Shown: positions 1 through 9,240 of the stretch, piece after piece
Layout of the letters: each line of letters opens with the position of its first letter
Position numbering within the stretch: position 1 is the first letter of the stretch
From: Woeseiaceae bacterium
Lineage (GTDB): Bacteria > Pseudomonadota > Gammaproteobacteria > Steroidobacterales > Woeseiaceae
DNA: 64,000 nt
Direction of reading: 5' to 3'
NCBI GenBank assembly: GCA_021773095.1
Contig: JAJFKR010000028.1
Location: 28,905 to 92,904 of the forward strand
The notes under the pieces: model-generated
What the model was told of the DNA's origin: nothing
What the model saw: only the letters and a program-made list of their open reading frames with translations
Databases searched by the model: none
Translations under genes and position numbers: made by a program

Positions 1-2255
1 TACGGGCACAATCCGGTATTGACGACGGTGTCTATACGCTTTCCCAGGCGGCTTCGGGCACCGTAGTATACAAACGCGAATGCGCTCTGTGCCATGGGCC
101 TGAACTCGAAGGCACTGAGGGAGGCCCGGCACTGGCGGGGCGTTCCTTTCGTGACATGTGGCAGGATCGTTCGCTTGGCGAGTTTTTCGTACTAACCCGA
201 CAGACCATGCCGGTGACGAAACCGGCGGGACTTTCCGTACGTGAGTATGCCGATGTCGTCGCGTTCATGCTGAATCGGAACGGTTACGCGACAGGTTCTC
301 GTGACCTGATTTCTGATCCCAATACCCTGAGTGCCATTGCCTTCGGAGAACCTGCACGATCATCCCCAATGTCGCCTGACGTGACGGCTACGCGGCGAGG
401 CCTGACGGTCGAATGGCTGCATCATCGAGGCGATGCTGGCAGCATGAATTACTCTGATCTCGACCTCATCAACGAGGACAATGTCGGCAATCTCGAAGTG
501 GCCTGGCGGTGGCGCTCTGACAATTTCGGCCCGGTTGCATGGCCGAACCTGGAGACCACACCGCTGATGGCCAATGGTGTGCTGTACGCGACGGCTGGTT
601 TTAGTCGCACTGTCGTTGCAATCGATGCCGAGTCCGGCGAGACATTATGGATGTATCGTATCGACGAAGGTGAACGCGGTGAAAATGCGCCGCGCAAAGG
701 ACCGGGCCGGGGAGTGGCCTTTAGGCGCGACGCAGAGCGGGAAACCATTTATGTAATTTCGCCCGGTTATCAGCTGATAGCATTGAATGCGAACGACGGT
801 AAACCGCTGGCGTCTTTCGGCAATAACGGCATTGTCGATCTGAAAGCCAACATCGATCAGAACATCGATCTGACGACATCCCCTATTGGTTCCAGCTCAC
901 CGCCGATTGTCGTTGGCGACGTCGTTATCGTTGGCTCCGCATTGCCGGCAGGCGGGGCTCCGCCAAGCAAGGAAATGCCGGTCGGAAACGTAACAGGTTA
1001 TGACGCCGTTAGCGGCCAGCGCCTGTGGATCTTTCACACGATTCCACATCCCGGCGAACCAGGTTACGAAACGTGGCTGGAGAATTCGGCGAACTACACC
1101 GGCAATGTCGGCGTTTGGGCGCCGATGTCTGCTGATCCGGATTTGGGCTATGTGTATCTGCCGCTGGAGGCGCCGACGGGTGATTACTACGGTGGTCACC
1201 GACCGGGTGACAATCTCTATTCGCAGAGCCTCGTTTGTCTGGATGCGAAGACCGGAGAACGCGTCTGGCATTTTCAGACAGTGCATCACCCAATCTGGGA
1301 TTACGACCTCCCGGCTCCGCCTGTACTAATCGATATCACTGTCGGCGACGTGGAAATTCCCGCCGTTGCACAGGTTACGAAGCACGGCTTCACGTTTGTG
1401 TTTGATCGTCGTACGGGTGAACCTGTCTGGCCGATCGTCGAAACACCGGTTCCTGCCAGCAATGTGCCCGATGAGATTTCGGCACCGACACAACCGGTTC
1501 CGTCATTGCCGGAACCGTTCATGCCAAACGGCGTAAGCATAGACCGTCTTAACAACCTGACACCCGAAATTTTCGCAGAAGCCAAGAGAATAGTCGCCGA
1601 ATTCAAGCTCGGTCCGGTGTTCACGCCGGCGACGGTGCACACGGAGTCGAACAAGGGCACCCTGTTTTCGCCCTCGAGTGCCGGCGGTGCAAACTGGCAG
1701 GGCGCAGTGGCGGATCCTGAATCGGGAATCCTGTATGTCTCATCAGCCGCGACCATCGGTGTGCTGGCACTGACCAACGATCCGGACAGATCGAACATGC
1801 AATATGTGCAGCGCAGCCAACGGCTGGCGAAACCATTCGGGCTACCGCTGTTGCGGCCGCCCTGGGGACGAATAACAGCCATCGATCTGAATATTGGCAA
1901 GGTGTTGTGGACGATCGCGAACGGCGATACTCCGGCATCGATAAGCAATCACGAAAAGCTCGCAGGGATTGACCTGCCACGAACCGGCCATCAGGAGCGT
2001 GCCGGCCTGCTGGTGACGAAGTCATTGTTATTTGCCGGTGAAGGTGCCGGCTTGTTTGGAGTATGGGGTGGTGGCAGCAAGTTCCGTGCGCATGACAAGC
2101 GCACCGGCGAGGTGTTCGCAGAGTTGGATCTTGGCGTAAATCAGAGCGGCGTCCCCATGACGTATGCGATCAACGGCAAACAGTACATCGTCGTCGCTGT
2201 AGGTGCGCCCAATCATGCGGGAGAACTGGTCGGGCTCACTCTCGCCGGCGAATAG
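1..2255 (+). CDS. PQQ-dependent dehydrogenase with an N-terminal class-I cytochrome c domain (quinohemoprotein-like); 5' end lies outside the window
   Basis: The frame of ORF 156..2255 stays open back to nt 3. The upstream part reads ...YKRECALCHGPELEG... (CxxCH heme motif at 81-95) with a distal TMPV Met. The body carries repeated propeller motifs: AIDAESGETLW, ALNANDGKPL, GYDAVSGQRLW, CLDAKTGERVWHFQTVHHPIWDYD, VFDRRTGEPVW, AIDLNIGKVLW, AHDKRTGEV. Confidence 0.85.
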   Translation, partial: RAQSGIDDGVYTLSQAASGTVVYKRECALCHGPELEGTEGGPALAGRSFRDMWQDRSLGEFFVLTRQTMPVTKPAGLSVREYADVVAFMLNRNGYATGSRDLISDPNTLSAIAFGEPARSSPMSPDVTATRRGLTVEWLHHRGDAGSMNYSDLDLINEDNVGNLEVAWRWRSDNFGPVAWPNLETTPLMANGVLYATAGFSRTVVAIDAESGETLWMYRIDEGERGENAPRKGPGRGVAFRRDAERETIYVISPGYQLIALNANDGKPLASFGNNGIVDLKANIDQNIDLTTSPIGSSSPPIVVGDVVIVGSALPAGGAPPSKEMPVGNVTGYDAVSGQRLWIFHTIPHPGEPGYETWLENSANYTGNVGVWAPMSADPDLGYVYLPLEAPTGDYYGGHRPGDNLYSQSLVCLDAKTGERVWHFQTVHHPIWDYDLPAPPVLIDITVGDVEIPAVAQVTKHGFTFVFDRRTGEPVWPIVETPVPASNVPDEISAPTQPVPSLPEPFMPNGVSIDRLNNLTPEIFAEAKRIVAEFKLGPVFTPATVHTESNKGTLFSPSSAGGANWQGAVADPESGILYVSSAATIGVLALTNDPDRSNMQYVQRSQRLAKPFGLPLLRPPWGRITAIDLNIGKVLWTIANGDTPASISNHEKLAGIDLPRTGHQERAGLLVTKSLLFAGEGAGLFGVWGGGSKFRAHDKRTGEVFAELDLGVNQSGVPMTYAINGKQYIVVAVGAPNHAGELVGLTLAGE

Positions 2256-2318
2256 CCAGGCCGCGTTCAAAGATGAGGTCTTGCATTGCTATTACATGCC
2301 GCCCGCATGTAATATGTT

Positions 2319-2329
2319 GTGATATATTA
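2319..2329 (+). promoter_or_regulatory. Candidate extended -10 / operator element GTGATATATTA upstream of tctC, identical to the 11-mer at 9892-9902
   Basis: The 11-mer contains TGnTATATT (extended -10-like) and forms an imperfect palindrome GTnATATATnAC. It is flanked by ATATGTTGT at 2312-2320. It lies 14 nt upstream of the tctC ATG. Confidence 0.3.
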
Positions 2330-2343
2330 GTAAGAATAAAACA

Positions 2344-3312
2344 ATGAAGAAACTCTACATCAAAACACTCCTGACTGTCGCAATCACGATATTGACAGTG
2401 CTTCCCGCTGCAGCACAGTCCGATTGGCCGCAGCGGCCGGTGACAATCATAGTGCCCTCGGGTGCCGGTGGCGGTACGGATCAGACTGCCAGGATGCTGG
2501 CCATGCGCCTGAAAGAAAAGTTCGGTCAGCCGTTTAACATCGTTAACCAGGGTCAGGGTAGTGGCGTCGTCGGCATTAGTTCAATTCGGGGCGCGAAACC
2601 CGATGGCTACCGGTTGGGCGTTATTTACAATTTTGCTCACTATCTGCCAATGGGGCAGGCAGATTTTTCGGTCAGTGATTTCACTGCGATCGCGCAATAC
2701 AACTTTGACCCGGCCGGCTTTCATGTTCGCAGCGATAGCGGCTGGACGACACTACCGGAGGCGCTTGACGCCATAAAACAGAATCCAGCGGCATACTCCA
2801 TCGGGTGCGGTGGCGGTTGCGGGGGTTCCTGGCCGGTTGCGGTGGTGACCCTGTTCAAGAAATGGGGGGTTGAGCTTGAGCACCTAAAAATGATCCCCGG
2901 CAAGGGAGCGGCGGCGGCGCTACAGGATCTGGCTGCGGGTGGCATGGATGTGGTGCCAAGCTCTGTTCCCGAAGCGGGCCCGCTGCTTGCTAGCGGCAGA
3001 ATCAAAGCCCTTGCCGTCTTCGGCGAGGAGCGGCTCATGGCGTTCCCCAATATCCCGACGCTGTGCGAAGCGGCGGGAATCAACCTGTCACTGGGTGCCT
3101 GGCGTGGGCTCGTGGGGCCGGCGGGTCTTCCGGATGACATCAGCAAGGCGCTTGAAGAGGCAATGACTGAGATTGTCTCATCCGAAGATTGGCGTGCTGA
3201 GATGGTGGAGAGGGGATTCGGCGTGCAGTGGCGATCTGCGACCGACTTCAATGCTTATATGTTGGAGCAGCAGATCGAAGTACGCGCAATCCTTGAAGAT
3301 TTCGGAATCTGA
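2344..3312 (+). CDS. tctC: Tripartite tricarboxylate transporter, periplasmic substrate-binding protein (TctC/Bug family)
   Basis: Signal peptide MKKLYIKTLLTVAITILTVLPAAAQ, then the Bug-family signature WPQRPVTIIVPSGAGGGTDQTARMLA. It sits immediately upstream of tctB and tctA. Confidence 0.85.
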   Translation: MKKLYIKTLLTVAITILTVLPAAAQSDWPQRPVTIIVPSGAGGGTDQTARMLAMRLKEKFGQPFNIVNQGQGSGVVGISSIRGAKPDGYRLGVIYNFAHYLPMGQADFSVSDFTAIAQYNFDPAGFHVRSDSGWTTLPEALDAIKQNPAAYSIGCGGGCGGSWPVAVVTLFKKWGVELEHLKMIPGKGAAAALQDLAAGGMDVVPSSVPEAGPLLASGRIKALAVFGEERLMAFPNIPTLCEAAGINLSLGAWRGLVGPAGLPDDISKALEEAMTEIVSSEDWRAEMVERGFGVQWRSATDFNAYMLEQQIEVRAILEDFGI

Positions 3313-3405
3313 GTTGCGCCCGAATTACGACAGGGTCATGTTGCCAGGCCATATGATACGCCTGGGGGTGCTTCATTCGTCCGTTGACGGGCGCAGGAGG
3401 GTGGC

Positions 3406-3903
3406 GTGAAATTCGATGATGCGATCAATGGTGTCATCGCCATCGTTTTCGGTTGTTCGATGATTGTCTTGTCGCAAAATTTGCCGGAGGTACGCCACAT
3501 CGACTTTGGGCCGGGACTTTTTCCAACTCTGGTTGGCTGCGGCCTGGTGGCTGCCGGAGGCTTTCTGCTAGGCCGGCGACTTTTCGCCGCACACGGCAAG
3601 GTAATTGGCTGGGCCAGTTTTGGCAGCGGTGACAGGGAAACGCCATCGGGTGGAGTCGGTTCCATGGCGTTGCAGATTGCGGTAATCGTCTTCTACATTT
3701 TGACCATCGAACGGCTTGGGTTTCTGCTTACGATGCCGATTGTGTTGTTTTGTCTGCTTGCGTGGTTTGACCGTCGAATCGCCCGGGCAGCAATCTACGC
3801 CATCGCCGGTACCGCGGTCCTCCACAGTTTTTTCTATCAACTCATGTCAGTGCCGCTGCCGTGGGGTCTGCTGGAACCGTATGCGAGGGCCCTGACTTGG
3901 TAG
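3406..3903 (+). CDS. tctB: Tripartite tricarboxylate transporter, small 4-TM subunit (TctB family)
   Basis: GTG start preceded by AGGAGG (3395-3400). Small hydrophobic 165-aa protein located between tctC and tctA. Confidence 0.7.
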   Translation: MKFDDAINGVIAIVFGCSMIVLSQNLPEVRHIDFGPGLFPTLVGCGLVAAGGFLLGRRLFAAHGKVIGWASFGSGDRETPSGGVGSMALQIAVIVFYILTIERLGFLLTMPIVLFCLLAWFDRRIARAAIYAIAGTAVLHSFFYQLMSVPLPWGLLEPYARALTW

Positions 3904-5402
3904 TCCTGGACGCATTCTTGACGCTTCTGACACCGACTACTCTGCTGGTTATGGTGGCCGCCGCGATTTACGGCCTGACGGTGGGTGCAATCCCAGGCTT
4001 CACGGCGTCTATGGCGATGGCCTTGGTTGTTCCAGTGACGTATTTTCTTGATCCGGTCCCGGCGCTCGCTGGCGTAGTTACGCTTGCGGCAATGGCAATT
4101 TTCGCCGGCGACATACCGGGTGCCTTGCTACGAATTCCGGGAACGCCAGCGTCGGCAGCTTACGTGGACGAAGCGTATCTCATGACGCGGCGAGGAGAGT
4201 CAGAACTAGCCCTTGGGACGGGCCTGGTCTGTTCAGCCATTGGCGGTATATTTGGCGCGCTTGTGCTGATTAGCGCAGCACCGTTCCTGGCGGAGATCGC
4301 ACTACAGTTCACCAGCTTTGAGTACTTCTGGCTGGCTTGCCTTGGGTTGACAGCTGCTGTTGTCGTATCGTCGGGCCACCCTGCGAAGGGTGCGATCTCC
4401 CTCTTCGTGGGTCTCGCGATCGCGATGGTGGGTCTCGATCCGGTTGCGGGGCTGCCGAGATTCACTTTTGGCAATTCTGAATTGATGGGTGGACTGGGGT
4501 TCATTCCCGTGTTGATCGGCCTGTTCGCTGTGTCACAAATCCTCCGGTTTGCCTTGTCGCCGGATGCTGATCGTGACGCACAGGAATTGGTCGACAAAGC
4601 GCCTCGTAAGAGACTCTTAGGTGGCGTTTTGGCGGAAATCAAACGCCTCAAATGGCCGATTGCGCGAGGCTGTGGTATCGGTACTGTGGTCGGCGCAATT
4701 CCCGGTGCGGGTGCCGACATCGCCGCGTATATCTCCTACGCAAGCGCCAAGACGATGTCAAAACAGCGCGAGGTCTTTGGTACAGGATCTCTTGACGGAA
4801 TTGCACCTGCGACGGCAGCAAACAATGCCTCTGTTGGTGGCGCTCTGGTGCCGGCGACGGTATTTGGCATTCCGGGTGACAGTCTAACGGCGATCATCAT
4901 CGGCATCCTGTATATGAAGGGACTGAATCCAGGACCGATGGTTTTTGTACTGCAGTCCGAGTTAATTTATGCGGTATTTTTGGCTTATCTAGTTGCCAAT
5001 ATTATGATAATTCCCCTGGGGTTCCTGGCGATTCGTTTCTTTCGCCAAATTTTATCGGTGCCGCGCACAATTCTGATGCCCCTGGTTCTCGCCGCTTGTA
5101 TCGTCGGATCATTTGCAGTAGAAAACACGACCTTTGCAGTGACGACAATGCTGTTTATGGGTGTGGTCGGTTTCTATATGGAAGAAAACAATATTTCCCT
5201 GGCGCCCGCTATCTTAGGGGTCGTTCTTGGCCCGCTTATGGAAGAAATGTTCCTGACATCGCTGATCAAGTCGAGTGGTGATCTTTGGGCGTTTTTTGAT
5301 CGTCCAGTCGCTAACGTCCTGGGTGTTGTCGTTATCATAATATGGTCGTTGCCGCTGTTGCTGGCCGCTAAACGACTGTTAGTTCGCCAGTGGAGCAACT
5401 AA
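3897..5402 (+). CDS. tctA: Tripartite tricarboxylate transporter, large permease (TctA family)
   Basis: Polytopic membrane protein with TctA-type motifs AIPGFTASMAMAL and GAIPGAGADIAAYISYA. The longest ORF starts at GTG 3861. I prefer TTG 3897 because GAGGG sits 7 nt upstream and it overlaps the tctB stop. Confidence 0.8.
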   Translation: MVVLDAFLTLLTPTTLLVMVAAAIYGLTVGAIPGFTASMAMALVVPVTYFLDPVPALAGVVTLAAMAIFAGDIPGALLRIPGTPASAAYVDEAYLMTRRGESELALGTGLVCSAIGGIFGALVLISAAPFLAEIALQFTSFEYFWLACLGLTAAVVVSSGHPAKGAISLFVGLAIAMVGLDPVAGLPRFTFGNSELMGGLGFIPVLIGLFAVSQILRFALSPDADRDAQELVDKAPRKRLLGGVLAEIKRLKWPIARGCGIGTVVGAIPGAGADIAAYISYASAKTMSKQREVFGTGSLDGIAPATAANNASVGGALVPATVFGIPGDSLTAIIIGILYMKGLNPGPMVFVLQSELIYAVFLAYLVANIMIIPLGFLAIRFFRQILSVPRTILMPLVLAACIVGSFAVENTTFAVTTMLFMGVVGFYMEENNISLAPAILGVVLGPLMEEMFLTSLIKSSGDLWAFFDRPVANVLGVVVIIIWSLPLLLAAKRLLVRQWSN

Positions 5403-6124
5403 TGAAAAAAAACCGAGTATCCGGGAATGAAGATGCACTTCTCAGCCTTACGGACGAGGCGTACCGCCTGATTGAAGAGATGGTTGTGACGCTCAAACTG
5501 GCACCCGGTTCCGTAGTTACGGAACAGGGGCTGTGCAAGGACCTGAATATTGGCAGGACACCGGTCCGCGAGGCATTGGTGCGCTTGAAGCAAGACGGCC
5601 TGGTTGCTGTCATTCCGCGCCGCGGCATTCTGGTGCGGCCAATTGAAACAACGGAATCGTTGATGACACTCGAGGTACGACACCTGGTTGAAACCCTGAT
5701 CGTCGAACGGGCGGCACGACTGAGCAACGACGTTGATCGACATAGATTCTTACACCTGGCCGACAAAATGGAGAAGGCGGCTAAGGAAAAGGCCTTTGTC
5801 AGATTCATGCGCCTCGATCACGCGTTTAACACGTTAGTAGCTGAATGTGCCCAGCATCCTGTTGCCCAGAATGTTATCGGACCGTTGCACGCGGTCTCCC
5901 GCAGACTTGGGTTTTACCACGCACAGTGGGACGCTGGCAGCATCGAAGAGACCGGACATGCACACGCCAATATCATGCGCGCCATTGCTGCAGGCGATGA
6001 AGACACGGCACGAAAAGAACTGCAATTGCTACTGGAACTTTCACGAAAAATCGCACTAAGCGTAGAGGAAGAACTGCTGGAGGATACTGCGTACCAGGAT
6101 TCTATCGGAGGCCGCAAGGCATGA
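5402..6124 (+). CDS. GntR-family transcriptional regulator (FadR/FCD subfamily), DgoR-like by context
   Basis: wHTH motif LNIGRTPVREALVRLKQDGLVAVIPRRGILV. C-terminal FCD-like helices (HAHANIMRAIAAGDEDTARKEL). ATG 5402 overlaps the tctA stop (TAATG) and has GGAG upstream. Confidence 0.8.
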   Translation: MKKNRVSGNEDALLSLTDEAYRLIEEMVVTLKLAPGSVVTEQGLCKDLNIGRTPVREALVRLKQDGLVAVIPRRGILVRPIETTESLMTLEVRHLVETLIVERAARLSNDVDRHRFLHLADKMEKAAKEKAFVRFMRLDHAFNTLVAECAQHPVAQNVIGPLHAVSRRLGFYHAQWDAGSIEETGHAHANIMRAIAAGDEDTARKELQLLLELSRKIALSVEEELLEDTAYQDSIGGRKA

Positions 6125-7110
6125 AAGTAGTGCTCTACGGCAGTCCCGTCATATCGTTTGATGAAGACTTGCGGGAACGCTTGCCGACGGAATTCGAGAT
6201 TTCAGGTGTGGACTATGATTCGACTGAGCGCGAACTCACCGCAGCCTTTGTGGGCGCCGAGGCCGTTATTGCTGTGCGCTATGATGAAAGCATACCTGCC
6301 GTACCATCACTTCGGCTCGTGCAGGTTCCCGGTGTCGGTTGCGATGAAATCGATATTTCCCTTTTGCCAACAGACGCCACGCTCTGCAATGTCCACGGTC
6401 ATGGTGATGGCGTGGCGGAATATGTTGTTCTCGGTATGTTGCAGTGGTGTCATCGCTTCTTCGAGGCAGATGCCAGCTTTCGAACCGGTAGCTGGGAGCG
6501 TAGCAGCCGTCTCCAGGCGGACCCGCATCGTGAATTGTCGGGTTGCGTCGTGGGAATCGTTGGTTACGGTTTGATCGGACGGGCTGTTGCTACACATTTG
6601 CAGGGATTCGGTGTAACCACCCTGATTTGCAACCGTAGCAAACCGGCGACGGATGGACTGCACGCTCGGTCATTCGGTCTGGGTGACCTTCGGGAAATGG
6701 CGGAGCAATGTGATTTCCTTGTTGTTTCGATTCCGTTGACCGAAGCGACGAGAGACCTTCTCAACAAAGAAGTACTGGATTCGATGAAGTCCAACGCCGT
6801 ATTGATCAACGTCTCACGCGGACCGATTGTAAATGAGACGGCGCTTTTTGACGCGCTCCGCGACGGGAACGTCGGCGGTGCGATACTTGATGTCTGGTAC
6901 AACTATCCTAGCAGTGCCGACGATCGCTTTGCTAAGCCTTCCAAGCATGATTTTGCATCTCTATCGAATGTCTGCATGACACCCCACATCTCCGGGTGGA
7001 CTGAGGGCACGGTGGAGCGTCGCTGGACCACAATCGCCGACAATCTAATGCGGCTCGCGAAAGGCGAGCCGCTCTTGAACATTGTAAATCGTGAGGCGAG
7101 CACGCCATGA
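6121..7110 (+). CDS. D-isomer-specific 2-hydroxyacid dehydrogenase family, NAD(P)-binding
   Basis: Rossmann motif GIVGYGLIGRAVA. Also SRGPIVNETALFDALRDGNVGGAILDVW and MTPHISGWT. ATGA start/stop overlaps occur at both ends (6121-6124 and 7107-7110). Confidence 0.8.
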   Translation: MKVVLYGSPVISFDEDLRERLPTEFEISGVDYDSTERELTAAFVGAEAVIAVRYDESIPAVPSLRLVQVPGVGCDEIDISLLPTDATLCNVHGHGDGVAEYVVLGMLQWCHRFFEADASFRTGSWERSSRLQADPHRELSGCVVGIVGYGLIGRAVATHLQGFGVTTLICNRSKPATDGLHARSFGLGDLREMAEQCDFLVVSIPLTEATRDLLNKEVLDSMKSNAVLINVSRGPIVNETALFDALRDGNVGGAILDVWYNYPSSADDRFAKPSKHDFASLSNVCMTPHISGWTEGTVERRWTTIADNLMRLAKGEPLLNIVNREASTP

Positions 7111-8255
7111 AAATCACCGATCTGAAGACATTCCTCGTGGCCCCACGATGGCTGTTCCTGAAGATTGAAACGAGCGAGGGTATCAGTGGCTGGGGCGAGC
7201 CGGTCCTGGAGGGGCATGCTGAAACGCTGGCCGCAAAGATTGCCGAGTTCAAGGATTTTCTGATCGGTCGCGACCCGTTACTGATCGAGGATACCTGGCA
7301 AATGCTCTACCGCAACGGATGTTATCGGGGTGGGCCGGTTCTGATGAGCGCGATCTCAGGAATCGACGTAGCGCTCTGGGACATCAAGGGAAAATTCCAC
7401 GATGCACCTGTTCATGCGCTTCTAGGTGGAAAGGTTCGTGACAAGATTCGAAGTTATTGCTGGATCGGTGGTGACAGGCCATCGAACCTTGTGGCAGATG
7501 CAAAAGAGCTGCAAGCAAAGGGCTTCGATGCCGTCAAGTTCAATGTTTGCGCCGAGATGCAGATCATCGATACCTGTAAGAAGGTTGATGCGATCGTTGC
7601 GCAGTTATCCGAACTTCGCGAGGCGGTGGGCAGTGACATGGATCTGGCATTTGATTTTCACGGACGTGTGCATGCGCCGATGGCCCGGATTCTCCTGAAA
7701 GAGCTTGAGCATGTTCGGCCGATGTTTGTCGAAGATGCGGTTGATTCGGCACACCTGGACACACTGGCGGACCTTGCCCGCAGTACATCTATTCCTCTGG
7801 CGATTGGTGAGCGGCTGCATTCCAGGTACGAGTTCAAACGTGTATTCGAGACCCATGCGGCCAGCGTCGTCAACCCCGATACATTGCATGTTGGTGGTAT
7901 ATCCGAGACGGTTCGAATTGGCCGTTGGGCCGAAGCCTATGATGTTGCGTTGGCGCCGCATTGCCCATTGGGTCCCATCGCACTGGCGGCCTGTTTGCAG
8001 GTTGACGCTGTTTGCCACAACGCGTTCCTGCAGGAACAGAGCCTCGGGATTCACTACAACCAGGGCAATGATTTGCTGGACTATGTTGTTCCAGGTGCTG
8101 GTTTCGAGCTGACCGACGGATCGTTGATGATTCCCGATCGGCCCGGCCTGGGTATCGAAATTAATGAGGAGTTTGTGCTTGAGCAGTCGCTAAAAGGTCA
8201 CCGCTGGCGTGCGCCGGTGTGGCGTCATTCTGACGGCTCGATATCTGAGTGGTAA
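7107..8255 (+). CDS. dgoD: D-galactonate dehydratase (enolase superfamily)
   Basis: Colinear from end to end with E. coli DgoD as I recall it: MKITDLKTF..PRWLFLKIETSEGISGWGEPV, ALWDIKGK, DFHGRV, LAPHCPLGPIALAACL, LQEQSLGIHYN, WRHSDGSISEW. Confidence 0.92.
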   Translation: MKITDLKTFLVAPRWLFLKIETSEGISGWGEPVLEGHAETLAAKIAEFKDFLIGRDPLLIEDTWQMLYRNGCYRGGPVLMSAISGIDVALWDIKGKFHDAPVHALLGGKVRDKIRSYCWIGGDRPSNLVADAKELQAKGFDAVKFNVCAEMQIIDTCKKVDAIVAQLSELREAVGSDMDLAFDFHGRVHAPMARILLKELEHVRPMFVEDAVDSAHLDTLADLARSTSIPLAIGERLHSRYEFKRVFETHAASVVNPDTLHVGGISETVRIGRWAEAYDVALAPHCPLGPIALAACLQVDAVCHNAFLQEQSLGIHYNQGNDLLDYVVPGAGFELTDGSLMIPDRPGLGIEINEEFVLEQSLKGHRWRAPVWRHSDGSISEW

Positions 8256-8259
8256 TCCG

Positions 8260-9240
8260 GTGTCTGCCACGGCTGCATTGATTGGTGTTGACTGGGGAAC
8301 CAGTTCGTTCCGCGCCTATTTGTTCGCTGACAACGGTGAGCTGCTGGATCGCATCATTCGTCCCGCCGGGATTCTGACGGTAGACAACGGTGATTTTGCG
8401 GCTGTCTTGCGTACGACCTGTGGTGCTTGGATTGCAGATCGTCCGGACTTGCCAATATTGATGTGCGGCATGATCGGAAGTCGGCAGGGCTGGCTTGAGG
8501 TGCCGTATATTGGTGGAGATGCCGGTGTCACCGAGCTTGCTGCTGCTGCTACCGTGATAAAGGGCGAATCGAGCCGGATCCAGATCGTGCCCGGCTTACA
8601 GGCGCGCTCCTTCGATGGCGGGCCTGATGTCATGCGCGGCGAGGAAACGATACTGGCTGGCGCTATTGCCTCCGGAGCACCGCAGACTGGCCTGTATTGC
8701 CTGCCTGGGACTCACTCGAAATGGGTTTCGGTGCTGGATGGCCGCATAGATTCGTTTTCGACCTACCTCACCGGGGAGCTGTTCGCGATGCTCAGGGAGA
8801 GGTCGATTCTCACCACCCCGATTGCCGAGGGGCCGACCGGGCCGGGGGCGCTCCGGGAGCAGTCGTTTCAGCAGGGTCTGGCATTGGCATCCGGCGGTAC
8901 GAATTTGCTACATCACCTGTTTTCGATACGGGCGCAGTTTCTAACCGACGGTGCCGAGGTGTGTGTCGTTGAAGAAATGCTGTCGGGCTTGCTGATTGGC
9001 ACAGAACTGATGTCGGTATCGAGACAACTGCAGCAACACTCCGGCGTAATCACATTGCTTTCGTCCGGGATGATCTCGGATCGATATCGCAATGCTCTCG
9101 TGTCATTGCGGTATGTCCCCGAAGTTTATGAAGCGGAGGCAGCGTGTATGAACGGGCTTTGTTCGATTGCAGCAGAATTGGGTTTGATCTCTTCGGCCCC
9201 GGGGGATGCCGGGGAGTATCTTCGGGACACGACCACATGA
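8260..9240 (+). CDS. dgoK: 2-dehydro-3-deoxygalactonokinase
   Basis: Motifs GVDWGTSSFRAYL and LPGTHSKW are typical of DgoK. GTG 8260 lies just after the dgoD stop. The longest ORF (from 8209) would overlap dgoD. Confidence 0.85.
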   Translation: MSATAALIGVDWGTSSFRAYLFADNGELLDRIIRPAGILTVDNGDFAAVLRTTCGAWIADRPDLPILMCGMIGSRQGWLEVPYIGGDAGVTELAAAATVIKGESSRIQIVPGLQARSFDGGPDVMRGEETILAGAIASGAPQTGLYCLPGTHSKWVSVLDGRIDSFSTYLTGELFAMLRERSILTTPIAEGPTGPGALREQSFQQGLALASGGTNLLHHLFSIRAQFLTDGAEVCVVEEMLSGLLIGTELMSVSRQLQQHSGVITLLSSGMISDRYRNALVSLRYVPEVYEAEAACMNGLCSIAAELGLISSAPGDAGEYLRDTTT

